Source: Azolla caroliniana (Eukaryota > Plantae > Polypodiophyta). From it: DNA of 64,000 bases. The position numbers were made by a program, and so were the translations under genes. The stretch covers positions 11,904,001 through 11,968,000 of the forward strand of contig JBHGNT010000003.1 in assembly GCA_043228905.1 (NCBI GenBank), written 5' to 3'. Of the stretch, positions 50,631-63,419 are shown in pieces. Below the pieces are notes generated by a model that saw only the letters and a list, made by a program, of their open reading frames with translations, ran no database searches and was not told the DNA's origin. The stretch's first letter is position 1. Each line of letters opens with the position of its first letter.

Positions 50631-53349
50631 ACTTTTGTAAAAGAATACGTGCGGAAGCAATAGAAAACCGAACACAGAAAATATGCAGGCTTAATGGAGA
50701 GCTTAGGGTATACACAGTATGCGGGAGAGACAAAGAGAGAGCACACAGGAAACTCAATTCAAAATAATACTCAATCTGTACATAGGATGTGCTCAGTGAG
50801 CACTTTTATACAAGTCCATACGGACTAACACGTACTTCAATGCTCACGAGTGAGCTCTACACTAATTCCCAAAATATATTCCTATGCAGAATATCTTCCC
50901 AACGGCCTCGCGGTTTACGCACCGTTACGGCCTCTCATTACACACCGATTTGCATACTGGTTTACACATCCGTTTTACGCACAGGTCCGGCCTAACCGAT
51001 CAGTCCCAATCGATCCTGTTTTCGGCTTGCACAGCCGATCCGGCCAATGTTGAGCTTGTATCTCAACACTCCCCCTCAAGCTCAACTTGAGGTTCCTTCC
51101 GCTCTTCCGGATCTACGCTCCGGTTCCTTCTGGCTTCACGCCTTGCTCGTGCTCCTCGACCTATTCAATACCGCGCACCTCGACCCTTCCGGTCGGCTTG
51201 TCTGCTTACACGGCCCTTCTTAACTTCCTTGTTGTTGCGGTGTTGGCGCCTCTTCTGCTGCCTTCTCTTCCACTTCGCCCTTGGTTGATTCAGCATATCC
51301 GAATCAAACATCTGAACCGACTCAGCTTCCTCCGATCGGTTTTCGCTCTCGTCCGAGTTGGATGTCTCCAACTCGTCTTCAGTCTTCTTCTCCTTGATGG
51401 CTTCATCTCGCCCTTGCTTATTTGGCTTCGGCTCTTCCTTTCGACTCCTCCCCTTATGTTCGCTTTCGGACTCTTCCGCAAATCCGTCCTCGGCTTCTTC
51501 AGCCAATCCGAAATCGGATTCGTCATCTGACTCAGCGTCACGGTCTTCTGGAACTTCTCTCCCCCTTCCATGGTCATTCGGGATGTCTTCTCTCTCACTC
51601 AAGTTTGGCACGTCGAGCTAACGCAACCCAAGCGCACCCGAGAATTGCCGCAACTTGTCCAAACCAAGAGGCTTGGTGAAGATGTTGGCGGTCTGCCGAT
51701 CCGTCGGAACATACTAAAGTTCGACTTCACCGGAGAAGACACGCTCACAGACAAAATGGTAGTGCACCTCAATGTGCTTAGTCCGGGCATGGAAGATGGG
51801 GTTCTTTGCGAGCTGGATGTTGTTGAGGTTGTCGCAGTAGATTATCGTTGGATCGGATACCTCCACCTGCAGATCCTTAAGTAGCCGCTTCAACCATATG
51901 GCTTCGCATGTCGCGACAGCCGCTCCTCTATACTCGGCTTCAGTGCTCGACGGCGCAACTATCGACTGCTTCTTGCTACTCCACGCGATCGCGGAACTCC
52001 CAAGAGAGAACGCAAAACCGAACGTGGATCGGCGATCGCCGGTGTTTCCGGCCCAATCAGCATCGGTGTAACCGACCAACTACGTGGCAGTATCGGCCCG
52101 ATATCGTAGCCCCCGGTCCTTAGTGCCGCTTACGTACCGCAGTACGTGTTGCGCACACTAAAGGTGCTCCTCGGTAGGTTGCGCCATGACTTGACTAATC
52201 ACCCTGATGGGGTAGTTGAGATCTTTTCGGGTGATGGTCAAGTATATAAGGTTTCCGACTATCTGTCGGAACCTCGTCGGGTCGCATACCGTTCCGGAAT
52301 CGGGGCGAAGCTTGACGGTTCTATCAAGAGGAGTCGAGACGGACCGACAATCGGCCATCCCGAATTTGAAGAGCATACTTAGCACGTAATGTCGTTGGCT
52401 GATCAGTATGCCTTCGGGGGTGCGGATCACTTCGATCCCGAGGAAGTAATGAAGGTCCCCCAGATCCTTCATGTCGAATGATGCCGCAAGCTAGAGCTTC
52501 ACGCGGTTGATTTCACTTAGGTTGGCGCCAGTGATGACCAAGTCATCAACATAAAGCAAAATACTAACCGGCCCGAGTCGACCTTTCCGGATGAACAGTG
52601 AGGAGTTCGATTTTGACATCACAAAGCCCATCCGACGCAATCGTTGTGTGATCTTCGCGTTCCAGGCATGCGGGGCTTGCTTTAGTCCGTAAAGGGACTT
52701 CTTCAATCGGCACACCGCTGAAGTGTTCGTTCCGGAGTGAAATCCGGGGGGCTATATAATGTACACCTGTTCCTCAAGCTCATCTTGCAGGAACGCATTC
52801 TTTACATCCATCTGATGTAAGTGCCACCCCTTTTGATGCAGCTATCGCGAGCAAAACACGAACGGTCGTCATCTTCGTGACCGGCGCAAACGTCTCATCG
52901 TAGTCTTTCGCTACTAACCGGGCCTTGTATTGGTTGACCGAGCCGTCGGTTTTGTACTTCACCTTGTATACCCACCTGCATCCGATCGGCTTTACACCTT
53001 TAGGTGCGTCAACTAGGTCCCAGGTTTCATTCTCCACTAATGCGCGCATCTCTTCCTCCATCGCGGCATGTCAATTCGCGTCCTTCGGCGCTTCTACGTA
53101 GCTCTCTGGCTCACGAACTTCCGCTACACACATCATGTACGCATAGTGATGCGCCATGTAGTCGTTGTAACCGAACCGCACAATAGGGTTCTTCTGGCGG
53201 GTAGACCGGCGCAATTGCTCATTAACCGATGTTGAGGCTTCCTTAGCCGACACGGACTTCGCTCTCAAAGGCGCGTCATCACCTCCCTCGGAGTCGGACT
53301 TACGTAGATCCGACTCATTCCTATCCGTGCCGTAACTTGACACCTTCTT

Positions 53350-56300
53350 TGACGGGAACTCAACGCTCCTTATGCACAACGCTCGGCCACAACCGAGATT
53401 CTTTTCATACATAGAAAACAGGAAACGGAAAACACGCGACACAAAGAGGAGAAGAGTACACAAGATGTTTACGTGGAAACCCAAGCTAGGGAAAAACCAC
53501 GGCATCCCACAGGCTGCAAACTATCACTATGCTAGAATGTACAACAGTGAGTTCACAGAGGCAACGACCTCGTGCTCACGATCTTCGCCACAGGCGGCGG
53601 TTACAACAGAGGCAACGACCTCTTTCTCTCTCTCTCTCTCTGTACACTGTTACGTGCTCTCTCTTATTCTTGCACCAACAAGAAATAACAACAACAAACA
53701 TTATAAGTTTGCCCTAAGTCATATTTATACCAATATGACTTTTCAGCTATTTACAAATATAGCCTCGATGGGCTCTCAGAAACATATTTACGAATATGTC
53801 TCTTCATCCGGTGAGCACTCCTCACCGGGTCTGCACCATCCGGCTCTCCGTAGCCAGGTACTCCTCATCCGGTTCTCACCGGGCCTACACCATCCGGCTC
53901 TCCGTAGCCGGGTACTCCTCATCCGGTTCTCACCGGGTCTGTACCATCCGGTTCTCCGTAGCCGGGTACTCCTCATCCGGTCTTCACCGGGTCTGTATCA
54001 TCCGGCTCTCCGTAGCCGGGTACTCCTCATCCGGTTCATACCAGGTCTGCACCATCCGGCTCTCCGTAGCCGGGTACTCCTCATCCGGTTCATACCAGGT
54101 TTGCACCATCCGGCTCTCCGTAGCCGGGTACTCCTCATCCGACATTGTTCTTCTCTCTTCCCATCCGGAGGGACCTGTCTCCCAACAAACTCCCCCTTCA
54201 CTCCGGTTGGAGGTGTCTTACCAATCCGATTCTCTTCAAGCATGCCTCCAGCTTGTCGGGTATCAGCTCTTTGGTCAACATATCTGACCCGTTCTCGGCC
54301 GTGTGGATCTTCATCAGCGCGAACTCCTGGTCATCTACTCAATCCCGGATCTAGTGATATCTTCGCTGGATATGCTTCGTCCGGGAATGGTAGGCCGCAT
54401 TCTTAGCAAGCTGGATGGCACTTTGACTGTCGCAATAGAGTTAGTATTCATCATGCTGAATACCGAGCTCTCCGATGAAGTCCTTCATCCATAATACTTC
54501 CTTGCCGGCTTCCACAACTACCATGTACTCTGCCTCCGTGGTTGACAATGCAACCGTCTTCTGCAGCCTCGACTGCCACGAAACAGCTCCCCCTGCATAT
54601 GTCATTACATACCCGGATGTAGACCGGCTGGTATCCACATCAGCCGACATGTCCAAATCGGTAAAACCGTCCAATTGAGGTTTTCCAGATCCGAATCAGA
54701 GACACATATTTGAAGTGCCCTTCAAATACCGGAGTATCCATTTGACCGCGTTCCAGTGCTCCTTGCCGAGATTGCTCATAAACCGGCTCACCACTCCGAC
54801 TGCGTATCCTATATTCGGTCGGGTACACACCATTGCGTACATCAAGCTCCCGACGGCAGAGGCATATGGAATCTTCATCATATCCGCCTTCTCTGCTTTC
54901 GTCTTCAGGCTTTGCTTACCGGATAGCCTGCAGTTTGCCGGAAGTGTCGATCCGACCGGTTTCGCTTCTGACATGTTGAACCGGTGAAGCACCTTTGTCA
55001 CGTACTTCTCCTATGACAGCCATAATTGCTTCTTTGACCGGTCCCGAATGATGTGCATTCCCAGCATCTGTCTTGCCGGACCCAAGTCTTTCATTGAGAA
55101 GGTCCGGTTGAGAGCCTTCTTCAGCATCCGTATTTTGACTTGGTCACGTCCGACGATCAACATGTCATCCACGTACAGAAGGAGTATCAGGAAGTCGCCT
55201 CCTTCGAACTTCTTCACAAACACGCAGTGATCGGCCTGCGTCTTGTGGTACCCTTGATCGGTCATGAAGGAATCGAACTTCCAGTACCATTGTCGGGGAG
55301 CCTGCTTCAGTCTGTACAAGCTCTTCTTCAACCAGCATACCAGGTGCTCCTTCCCTTTCTCCACGAATCCTTCCGGTTGCTACATGTAGATCTCCTTTTC
55401 GAGGTCACCATGAAGGAAGGTCGTCTTCACATCCAGCTGTTCTACCTCGAGGTTCATGCTTGCCACTATACTCAGCACCGTCCGGATGGAGGTCATCTTT
55501 ACTACCGGGGCAAATATCTCCTCGAAGTCCACGCCCTTCTTCTACTGGAACCCCTTCACCACGATCCTGGCTTTATATCTCGGAGGGTTGCCGGCATCTC
55601 CCGGTTTTAACTTGTACACCCACTTGTTTCGGAGTGCCCGCTTTCCTTTCGGCAACTCCACCAATTCGTACGTATGGTTCTCATGCAGGGAATTCATCTC
55701 ATCCTGCATGGCACTTAACCATTTGCGGCTATGGGTGTCATCCTTCGCTTCCTTGAAGCTTTCCGGCTCCCCCTCATCGGTGAGCAGAACATGCTCTGCA
55801 TCCGGAAATCTCCGGGGTCCCTTCTCTCTCTGAGAGGGTATCTCCGTCTTCGGGCTTCGGTAACCGGCTCCTCCATTTGCTCTTCATCCGAATCCGATTC
55901 GGGGTCTAGGCCGGTTCCGGTCTCAGCTTCCTCTACTTCTTCTGCTGGTTCGGTATCCTCACCGTAATCGGCTGGTCCCTCGAGTGCCAATTGGTCTCTT
56001 GCCGGTTGGGTCTGCTCATCGTAGAATCTATCCTTACCGGTCGACTCGGAGTTCATTATCTTCTTCTCCGACTCCCAGTCGGCGAGCGTCTTGTCCTCCA
56101 TGAAGATAATATCTCGACTCCGGAATACCTTCTTGTCGACCGGGTCCCACACTCGGTAGCCGAACTCATCGTCACCGTAATCGAGGAATATGCATGGCCG
56201 GGTCTTTGGATCTAACTTTCCTCTCCGGTCCTTAGCTACATGCACGTACGCGAGACACCCAAACACCTTCAGATGCCGGTAGGATACTTCCTTACCGGTC

Positions 56301-59076
56301 CACACTCTCTGTGGCGTGTCTCCGTCCAAGGGTACTGAGGGTGACTTATTTATCACATATGTCGTCGTCGACAGTGCCTCAGCCCAAAACTTCTTGGGTA
56401 GTTTTGCACGCGCTAGCATACTCCGGACCCTCTCCATTATGGTCCGGTTCATCCTCTCGGCCAATCCGTTTAGTTCCGGTGTCTTCGGCACGGTAAATTC
56501 AAGCCGAATTCCCTTCGAGCGGCAGTACTCCTCGAACTGCCCCCGGTATTCTCCTCCGTTATCTGCTCGAACCGCCTTCAGCTTCCGGCCGGTTTCTCTT
56601 TCCACTCTCGCGTGGAGCTCTTTGAAGACAGATAGCACCTGATCCTTCGTCTTCAGCGGTGTGGCCCACAGCTTCCGTATGTGGTCATCTATGAACGGTA
56701 CGAAGTACTGCGCTCCGGCAAGTGACTTCGTGTCTACTTGACACACATCCGTATGCACCAACTCGAGTGGTGCATTACGTCTCATCGGTGGCCTTGGTCG
56801 GAAGGAGGTCCGGTTTTGCTTACCGGCCAAACAATCAGTGCACTTCTCCAAGTGCACGTTCTTCACTAGAATGAGGTTGTCGTCTGCAAGCCTCTTCATC
56901 CCCTTCTCGCTCATATGACACAGCCTCTTGTGCCACAGCTCACCGCAGTGTCGGATGCCAAGTTCACTTCTTCCGAACATAACCAGGCATTCATCAGGTA
57001 CAATGTGTTGACCTTCCGGGCCCAAGCCACAATCAGGCTCCCTTTGCTGAACTTCATGACACTGTTCCGGATGCTACCCGTGTAGCCTTCATCATCTAGC
57101 CGACCGGCTGATATCAGGTTCAGACGAACCTCCGGAACGTGTCAGACATCCTTCAGCAGCAACTTGCATCCGGTTGGTGTTGACAGCCACACGTCTCCTA
57201 TGCCGACGATTCGGCATGTACCTTCATTCCCCATCCGGACACAGCTGTGATCACCGGCTGAGTAGGATGAGAAGCATTTCCGGTCTGGGGTAAGGTGGAA
57301 CGATGCTCCGGAGTCTACCACCCAGGTCATATCGTCGCCGGCAAGGTTTATCTCACTGTCCTCAGTGATGAGCATCAACTCTTCTTCACTTGCCGCGATT
57401 GCCGTCGTTCCCTTTCGGTCCGTTCCCCTCCGGTCTTTACCGTTCCGGTCCGGGGTCCGCTTCGAATCGGTATCGTTGGTTTCCTTGTCTTTACGGAAAT
57501 GCCGACAGTTCTTTTGGAAGTGTCCCGGCTTGCCGCAATAGAAGCAAGTAGGCCTCCCCCTTGACTTTGACCGTGTCCCCGACTTCTCCCGGTTCTGGGG
57601 ACTACGGTATCTATGTATTCCGCGTTCCGATTCGGTAAGGAGCGCTTTGGAGTCGGAGCTCGTATCTTTATCTTTCCGACGCGCCTCCTCATCTAGCAAG
57701 CTCGACTTTACTCTTGCTAGGGATAACCATTTTCCTTCTGGCCCGGCGTTGCCCAAAGTGACAACCAACGTCTCCTAGCTATCCGGGAGGGAACCGAGCA
57801 GGAGGAGCGCTAGTGAAGTTGCCTGGTGGATCAGCCCCTGGAAGGCATTCATGTGCTCCGCCATGCTAGAGCCATCTTGGTACCGGAGTCTTACTAGCTT
57901 CCGGAATAGCGAAACCTGATTAACAACATTTTTGTTTTGAAACATTATGCCGATCTTCTCCCAGAGCTCATGAGCCTTGCTCTCTTCATTGAAGTTGTTG
58001 TATAGGCTCATGTCGATGAAGCACCGTATGTACGTTGTAACGTCTTCATGTGCATCACCTCCCATATCGCGGCATTGATTTTTTCCGGTCTCTTGTCCCC
58101 GAACTGAACCGGCAGCCAGAGGTCTTTAACCACGAGCATGTCCCTCATCTTCGACTTCCACACTGAATAGTTGGAGCCGGTGAGCTTGAACATGCCGCCA
58201 AACGATTCGTCCATTTTCTGTGTCGTTATGCTCTGATACCACTTGACGGGAACTCAACGCTCGTTATGCACAACGCTCGGCCTAAACCGAGATTATTTTC
58301 ATACACAGAAAACAGGAAACGGAAAACACGCGACACAAAGAGGAGAAGAGTACACAAGATGTTTACGTGGAAACCCAAACTAGGGAAAAACCACGGCAGC
58401 TCACAGGCTGCAAACTATCACTATGCTAGAATGTACAACAGTGAGTTCACAGAGGCAACGACCTCGTGCTCACGATCTTCGCCACAGGCGGCGGTTACAA
58501 TAGAGGCAGCAACCTCTTTCTCTCTCTCTCTCTGTACACTGTTACGTGCTCTCTCTTATTCTTGCACCAACAAGAAATAACAACAACAAACGTTATAAGT
58601 TTGCCCTAAGTCATATTTATACCAATATGACTTTTCGGCTATTTACAAATATAGCCACGATGGGCTCTCAGAAACATATTTACGAATATTTCTCTTCATC
58701 CGGTGAGCACTCCTCACCGGGTCTGCACCATCCGGCTCTCCGTAGCCGGGTACTCATCCGGTTCTCATCGGGCCTGCACCATCCGGCTCTCCGTAGCCGG
58801 GTACTCCTCATCCGGTTCTCACCGGGCCTGCACCATCCGGCTCTCCGTAGCCGGGTACTCCTCATCCGGTTCTCACCGGGTCTGTACCATCCGGTTCTCC
58901 GTAGCCGGGTACTCCTCATCTAGTCTTCAGCGGGTTTGTATCATCCGGCTCTCCGTAGCCGGGTACTCCTCATCCGATTCATACCGGGTCTGCACCATCC
59001 GGCTCTCCGTAGCCGAGTACTCCTCATCCGGCACTGTTCTTCTCTCTTCCCATCCGGAGGGACCTGTCTCCCAACA
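53350..59076 (-). mobile_element. Element M: full-length A-family Ty1/copia, TSD TTCTT
   Basis: LTRs 53350-54187 and 58244-59076. TTCTT on both flanks. PBS at 58230-58241. gag-pol at 58214-54198 with several frameshifts and stops. Confidence 0.96.
53805..54142. repeat. 54-bp tandem array (~6 units) in M's U3; also at ~58697-59030
   Basis: CATCCGGTTCTCACCGGGTCTGCACCATCCGGCTCTCCGTAGCCGGGTACTCCT repeated. Confidence 0.92.
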
Positions 59077-60571
59077 TTCTTCTTCCCTTTCTCCTTGCGC
59101 GTACGCCATCTCCTCGACTTCCTGTGCGGGGAATGCACGGCCGAGTCTCCACTACTTGCCTGCTCTTCGTCGGACTAGTCGAACCGACTCAGTCGTCCAT
59201 TCGGTCGGCTTAACCGAAACGAAATCGGACTCTCTTCGCGGGTCCCGATTTCAGGCTCATCCGAAGGCATCGCGGCCTCGCTGACCTCATCGTCAGAACT
59301 TGGATTGGAGGTGAGGTCCGTAGTCGGAGGCACGTACCAGGACGCGGACTCGTCAAACACAACGTCGCGACTCACGCGCGCTTGTTTGGTGCGAGGGTTA
59401 TAACACTTATAACCCTTCTGCTCGTCCAAATAGGCAACCAAGATAAACTTCTCGGCTTTCGCATCCAACTTCCTCCGTTTCTCTTTCGGCACATGCACAT
59501 ACGCAATGCTACCGAAAACTCTCAAGTGTCGCAGATTCGGCTTTCTTCCGAAATAGAGCTCATGCGCCAACACTTTTTCTTCAATCCGATTCTAGATGTA
59601 TACTACGGTTCATACCACTTCGATAGAACTTGGGCAAGCTCTTCTCCTCCAGCATTGCCCGTGCCGCTTCTACAATTGACCAGTTCTTCCTCTCGGCCAC
59701 GCCGTTTTGCTACAGCGTGTATCTACAACTGAATTCGCGCCGAATTCCCATCTGTTGTAGATAGCCGTTGAATTGACCGGAAAAGTACTCTTTTCCGCCA
59801 TCTAACCACAGGCACTTGATCTTTCGTCTTGTTTCCATTTCCACAAACCCTTTGAGTTCCCGAAAACAGTCAAAGACTTCACTGTTCTTATCGATGAGGT
59901 AGATCCACATGTGCCGCGTATAGTCGTCGATGAAGGAGACGAAATATCGATTCCCGCCAAGACTAACATTCTATGCTGGCCCCCATACATCGGAATGTAT
60001 CAAGTCGAGCTTGTTCTGGCTCTGTTTACGCTCGTTGGGGAAAGGAAGACGGTGTTGCTTCCCTAGCTGGTAGGCTTCACAAATTTGTGCCTTCCGGCCA
60101 CTAAATTTGGGCAATCCGAACACCACCTGTTTCGATTGTAGGTCCTGAAGCCTTTGATAGTTGACATGGCCTATCCGCTTGTGCCATAAGTCGATATCTG
60201 ACTCAACTTTTTGTCCTTTTGCGAACATTGTGGTGCCACTATCGCTAGAGTCGAGGATAAACATCCTCCCGTCTCTACGCCCTTGCGCAATAACTCGGCC
60301 TTTTTCCTCGATGAAGCACCCGAGATGCATAAACCGATCCTGCATCCCCTAGTCGACGATCTGCCCAACCGACACCAAGTTCTTTGTGATTTTCGGGATG
60401 TGTAACACATTCATGAGTTTCCCTTTCTGCCCGACATGGCTCAGGGGAAAATCACCAACATTTGCGATCGGATGTGGAGTGTCGTCTCCGGTTGTGACTA
60501 CTCCTGGTTGCATCGGTTTCTCAAGGTATGAGAACCACTCCTTGTGGCACGTCATGTGGTTTGATGCGCCA

Positions 60572-63170
60572 TCTTGGGGGCATGCGCGTTCTACCACATC
60601 TGGATCCCGCACTATGCACATGTCTCGGAACCCCTCTATGGACTATTGAAAAAGGGGTGTAGCTTTGAGTGGAGGACGGAGCACACGGAGTCGGTTCGGA
60701 GACTAAAGGAAGCGCTTATGGCAGCGCCGGCTCTCCGTAAAGCGGTTTACGGCAAGGATGTTCCCATCTGCGTAACGGTGGACACCAGCCCGATCGGGAT
60801 CGGGTGGGTAATCAGTCAGGAGGACAAGGGCGGCGTACGATTCCCGATCCGGTTCGGGGTGAAGGTATTGAGCGAGCGGCAGCGAGGGTACGCTCAAGTT
60901 AAGCGCGAACTTTGGGGTGTTGTTTCGGCAGTCAAGGCCGACAAGGATTATCTGATCGGGACGGAGGTGATTATCGAGACGGACTGCCTGCCGATACTCG
61001 GCATGGTTTCCGGATGCGCGAAGACGGACCTAACAATGCTCTAGTGGATAGCGTACATTAAGTCCCTAAACCCAGAGATACGGCACATCTCAGGAAAGAA
61101 CAACGCCATGGCCGACATGCTTTCGAGGGCAAGGTTCAACGACGAAGACGACATGGTTTCGGAAGACGAAGAAGTCGGCGAGGACTTCTTCGGGTCGACT
61201 AACGTAACGACGAGGAAAGGGAACACTCTGGCGCTTAACGAATTTTACGAAAGCAGGTACGACGGGGAGTGGCTCCAAATCGGGAGGTTCCTACGGACGA
61301 TGACGCCGGACGCAGCATGGGCGAGAGAGGAGGCAAGCCGGATACGCAGGAAGGCGTATCGATTCTTCTTGCGGGACGGGTGCATATAGAAGCACCCAAA
61401 GAAGAGAAGCGGCATCCCACTCCGAGTAGTGGCAAAGAAAGAAAAATAGGGGAAACTACTGGCGGCATTCCACGAGAGCCCATGGGCCGGACACCGCGGA
61501 ACGTGGGCCACGTTCGAGAAGCTGAAGGAGAAGTACTGGTGGCCGGGGCTATACCAGGACGTGCATCGGTTTGTAACGACTTGCGAAAGCTGTCAGATGC
61601 ACTCCGTAGTCCGACACCGGGACGAGCTACGCCCGACCTACCTGCCTATGGTCCATTTCAAGTGGATGGTGGACTTGGTGACGATGCCGATGGGGGAAGA
61701 CTTAACGAACCAGGTGGAAAGCCGTGCACTGCAAAGCAAGACAACCGCGGCGGTATGCCGGTTCCTGATCGAAGAAGTAGTGTATTGGTACGGGTGCGTC
61801 GCGAGGATCGTGGCGGACCGTGGAGAGCTGGATGCGCGGGAGGCTGAGGAGCTGTTCGACTGGCTAGGTGTCAAACTCTCCCTCACCACGACGTACAATC
61901 CGGAGGCGACGGAAAGGTGGAACGTGGGCACGGACCGATTGTAAAGGCGTTGGTGCGTGCATGCGGTGGGCAGGTCAGGAATTGGACGCGACTCCTTCCT
62001 TACGCGGTATGGGCGGACCGGACTACGCACAGTTCGGTGATAGGGTTTATGCCGGCGGAGCTAATGTATGGACAAAAGCCGATCATGCCGGTGGAACGGA
62101 CGGTTTCTTCGTGGGCGGCGGTAGATTGGAAGGACGAAATGGGCCGGGAGGAGTTGCTGGCGGCGCGGATTCGGCAACTCGAGCGAAGGCCGGAGGACGT
62201 GATACAGGCGAAGGAAAAGTTGCGAGAGGCAAGGGAGTGGAACAAGACCCGGTTCAACCGGACGCACCGGTTGCGACCAAAGAAGATCGAGGAAGGCGAC
62301 TGGGTCTTGGTATACGACAGCAGCCTCGACAATCAGCACAAGGCGGTGCGAAAGTTCTCTAGGAGATGGTTCGGGCCCTACATGGTGACGAGCGCGAACG
62401 ACAACGGCACATACCACCTCGCGGAACTCAACGGGACACGGTTAGCGGTGCCGGTGGCCGGAAAGCAGATCAAAGCTTTCAAAAAGCGGTTCGAAGACGA
62501 GCCGGAGCCTGCGAGCGGGAGTGACAACGACGATCAGTTCGGGTCCGGTGGAGAATCGGAGAGCAACGAGTGAGGCCGGGTTTATTCGATATCTACCCGT
62601 CTCTGGCGCATACCGGTGGGTGCGCGGTTTGGTGGGGGTGGATTTCGTGAAGAAAACCGGCCGTAGGCGGAATCGGAGAGAAAGCGCGTAAACCAGCCCT
62701 TACACGGATGGACGCGAGACTTGTTATTTGTACACAAACCGGTGGATGTAAATACTGAGCCGCACGCATTTATTAGGGGGGGGATTGTGCGTATCCCAGT
62801 CAGAGGGACAGGGAATAAAGGGAAGAGGACAAGGGAAAACGGGGATCGCGCGTTGGGAAAGAAAAAGGGGTTGCTACAGAACGAAAGGAGAGAGCTCTCT
62901 CTCTTGGACGGGGATCGTCGCTCTCTACGGGTGTCGGGAGGTCGCTGCCTCTGCTTCGTGGACAACCCGTGTGCTTCGAGTAGAGTCGCTCCCTTTTTCC
63001 CCTTTTGTTTCTTTGAGTCGTGGGACTGTCGTCGGTGTGCGTGAGTAGGGTTCCCGTGTCGGGTCCGTCGCCGCTTTGTCGGTTGTAACTGTCGGAGTTT
63101 GTAATCTCTTGTCATTATAATTAAGTGTTACGTTCTATATCTCTCTTTCTCGCTTCTATGGGTCGGTGAA

Positions 63171-63201
<31 letters not shown>

Positions 63202-63263
63202 CCTCGATCCAAGACCCCCGTGGTCCTGCCCCTTTCTACGCGTACGCGCGTAACAACGCGACA
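60572..63263 (+). mobile_element. Element N fragment 2: gypsy RT end, RNase H, integrase, PPT and 3' LTR (62786-63263)
   Basis: LGACAFY, VDTSPIGIG, ETDCLP, HE-WAGH...CESCQ, IVADRG, WFGPY. PPT AGGGGGGGGAT before TGT at 62786. LTR ends CGCGACA. Confidence 0.88.
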
Positions 63264-63387
63264 CCGGTTTGCGTACTAGTTTACGTATCCGTTTTACGCA
63301 CCGGTTCGGCCTAACCGATCGGTCCCAACCGATCCGGTTCTCGGCTTGCACAGCTGATCTGGCCAATGTTGAGCTTGTATCTCAACA
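63264..63387 (-). mobile_element. First 124 bp of element O's 5' LTR
   Basis: Reverse complement of TGTTGAGATACAAGCTCAACATTGG..., flanked by CTTGC, the complement of the GCAAG that follows 46016. Confidence 0.88.
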
Positions 63388-63419
63388 CTTGCCCATGCAC
63401 CTCTCATTTCACAAATTGA

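Larger units (their letters stand above)
50636..60571 (-). mobile_element. Element L: copia protease, IN, RT, RNase H, extension and 3' LTR (50636-51068), split by M; 3' half of I/L
   Basis: Starts at GASNHMT (60570). IN at 59175-60345, RT/RNase H at 51600-53345, PPT after 51068. Confidence 0.9.

Noticed and set aside
53372-54406. 344-aa ORF with HHPALRSRVLLIRFSPGL repeats, and similar ORFs at 2636, 7208 and 58546
   Set aside because: Antisense readings of the 54-bp or 25-bp LTR arrays; open only because the units lack stop codons.
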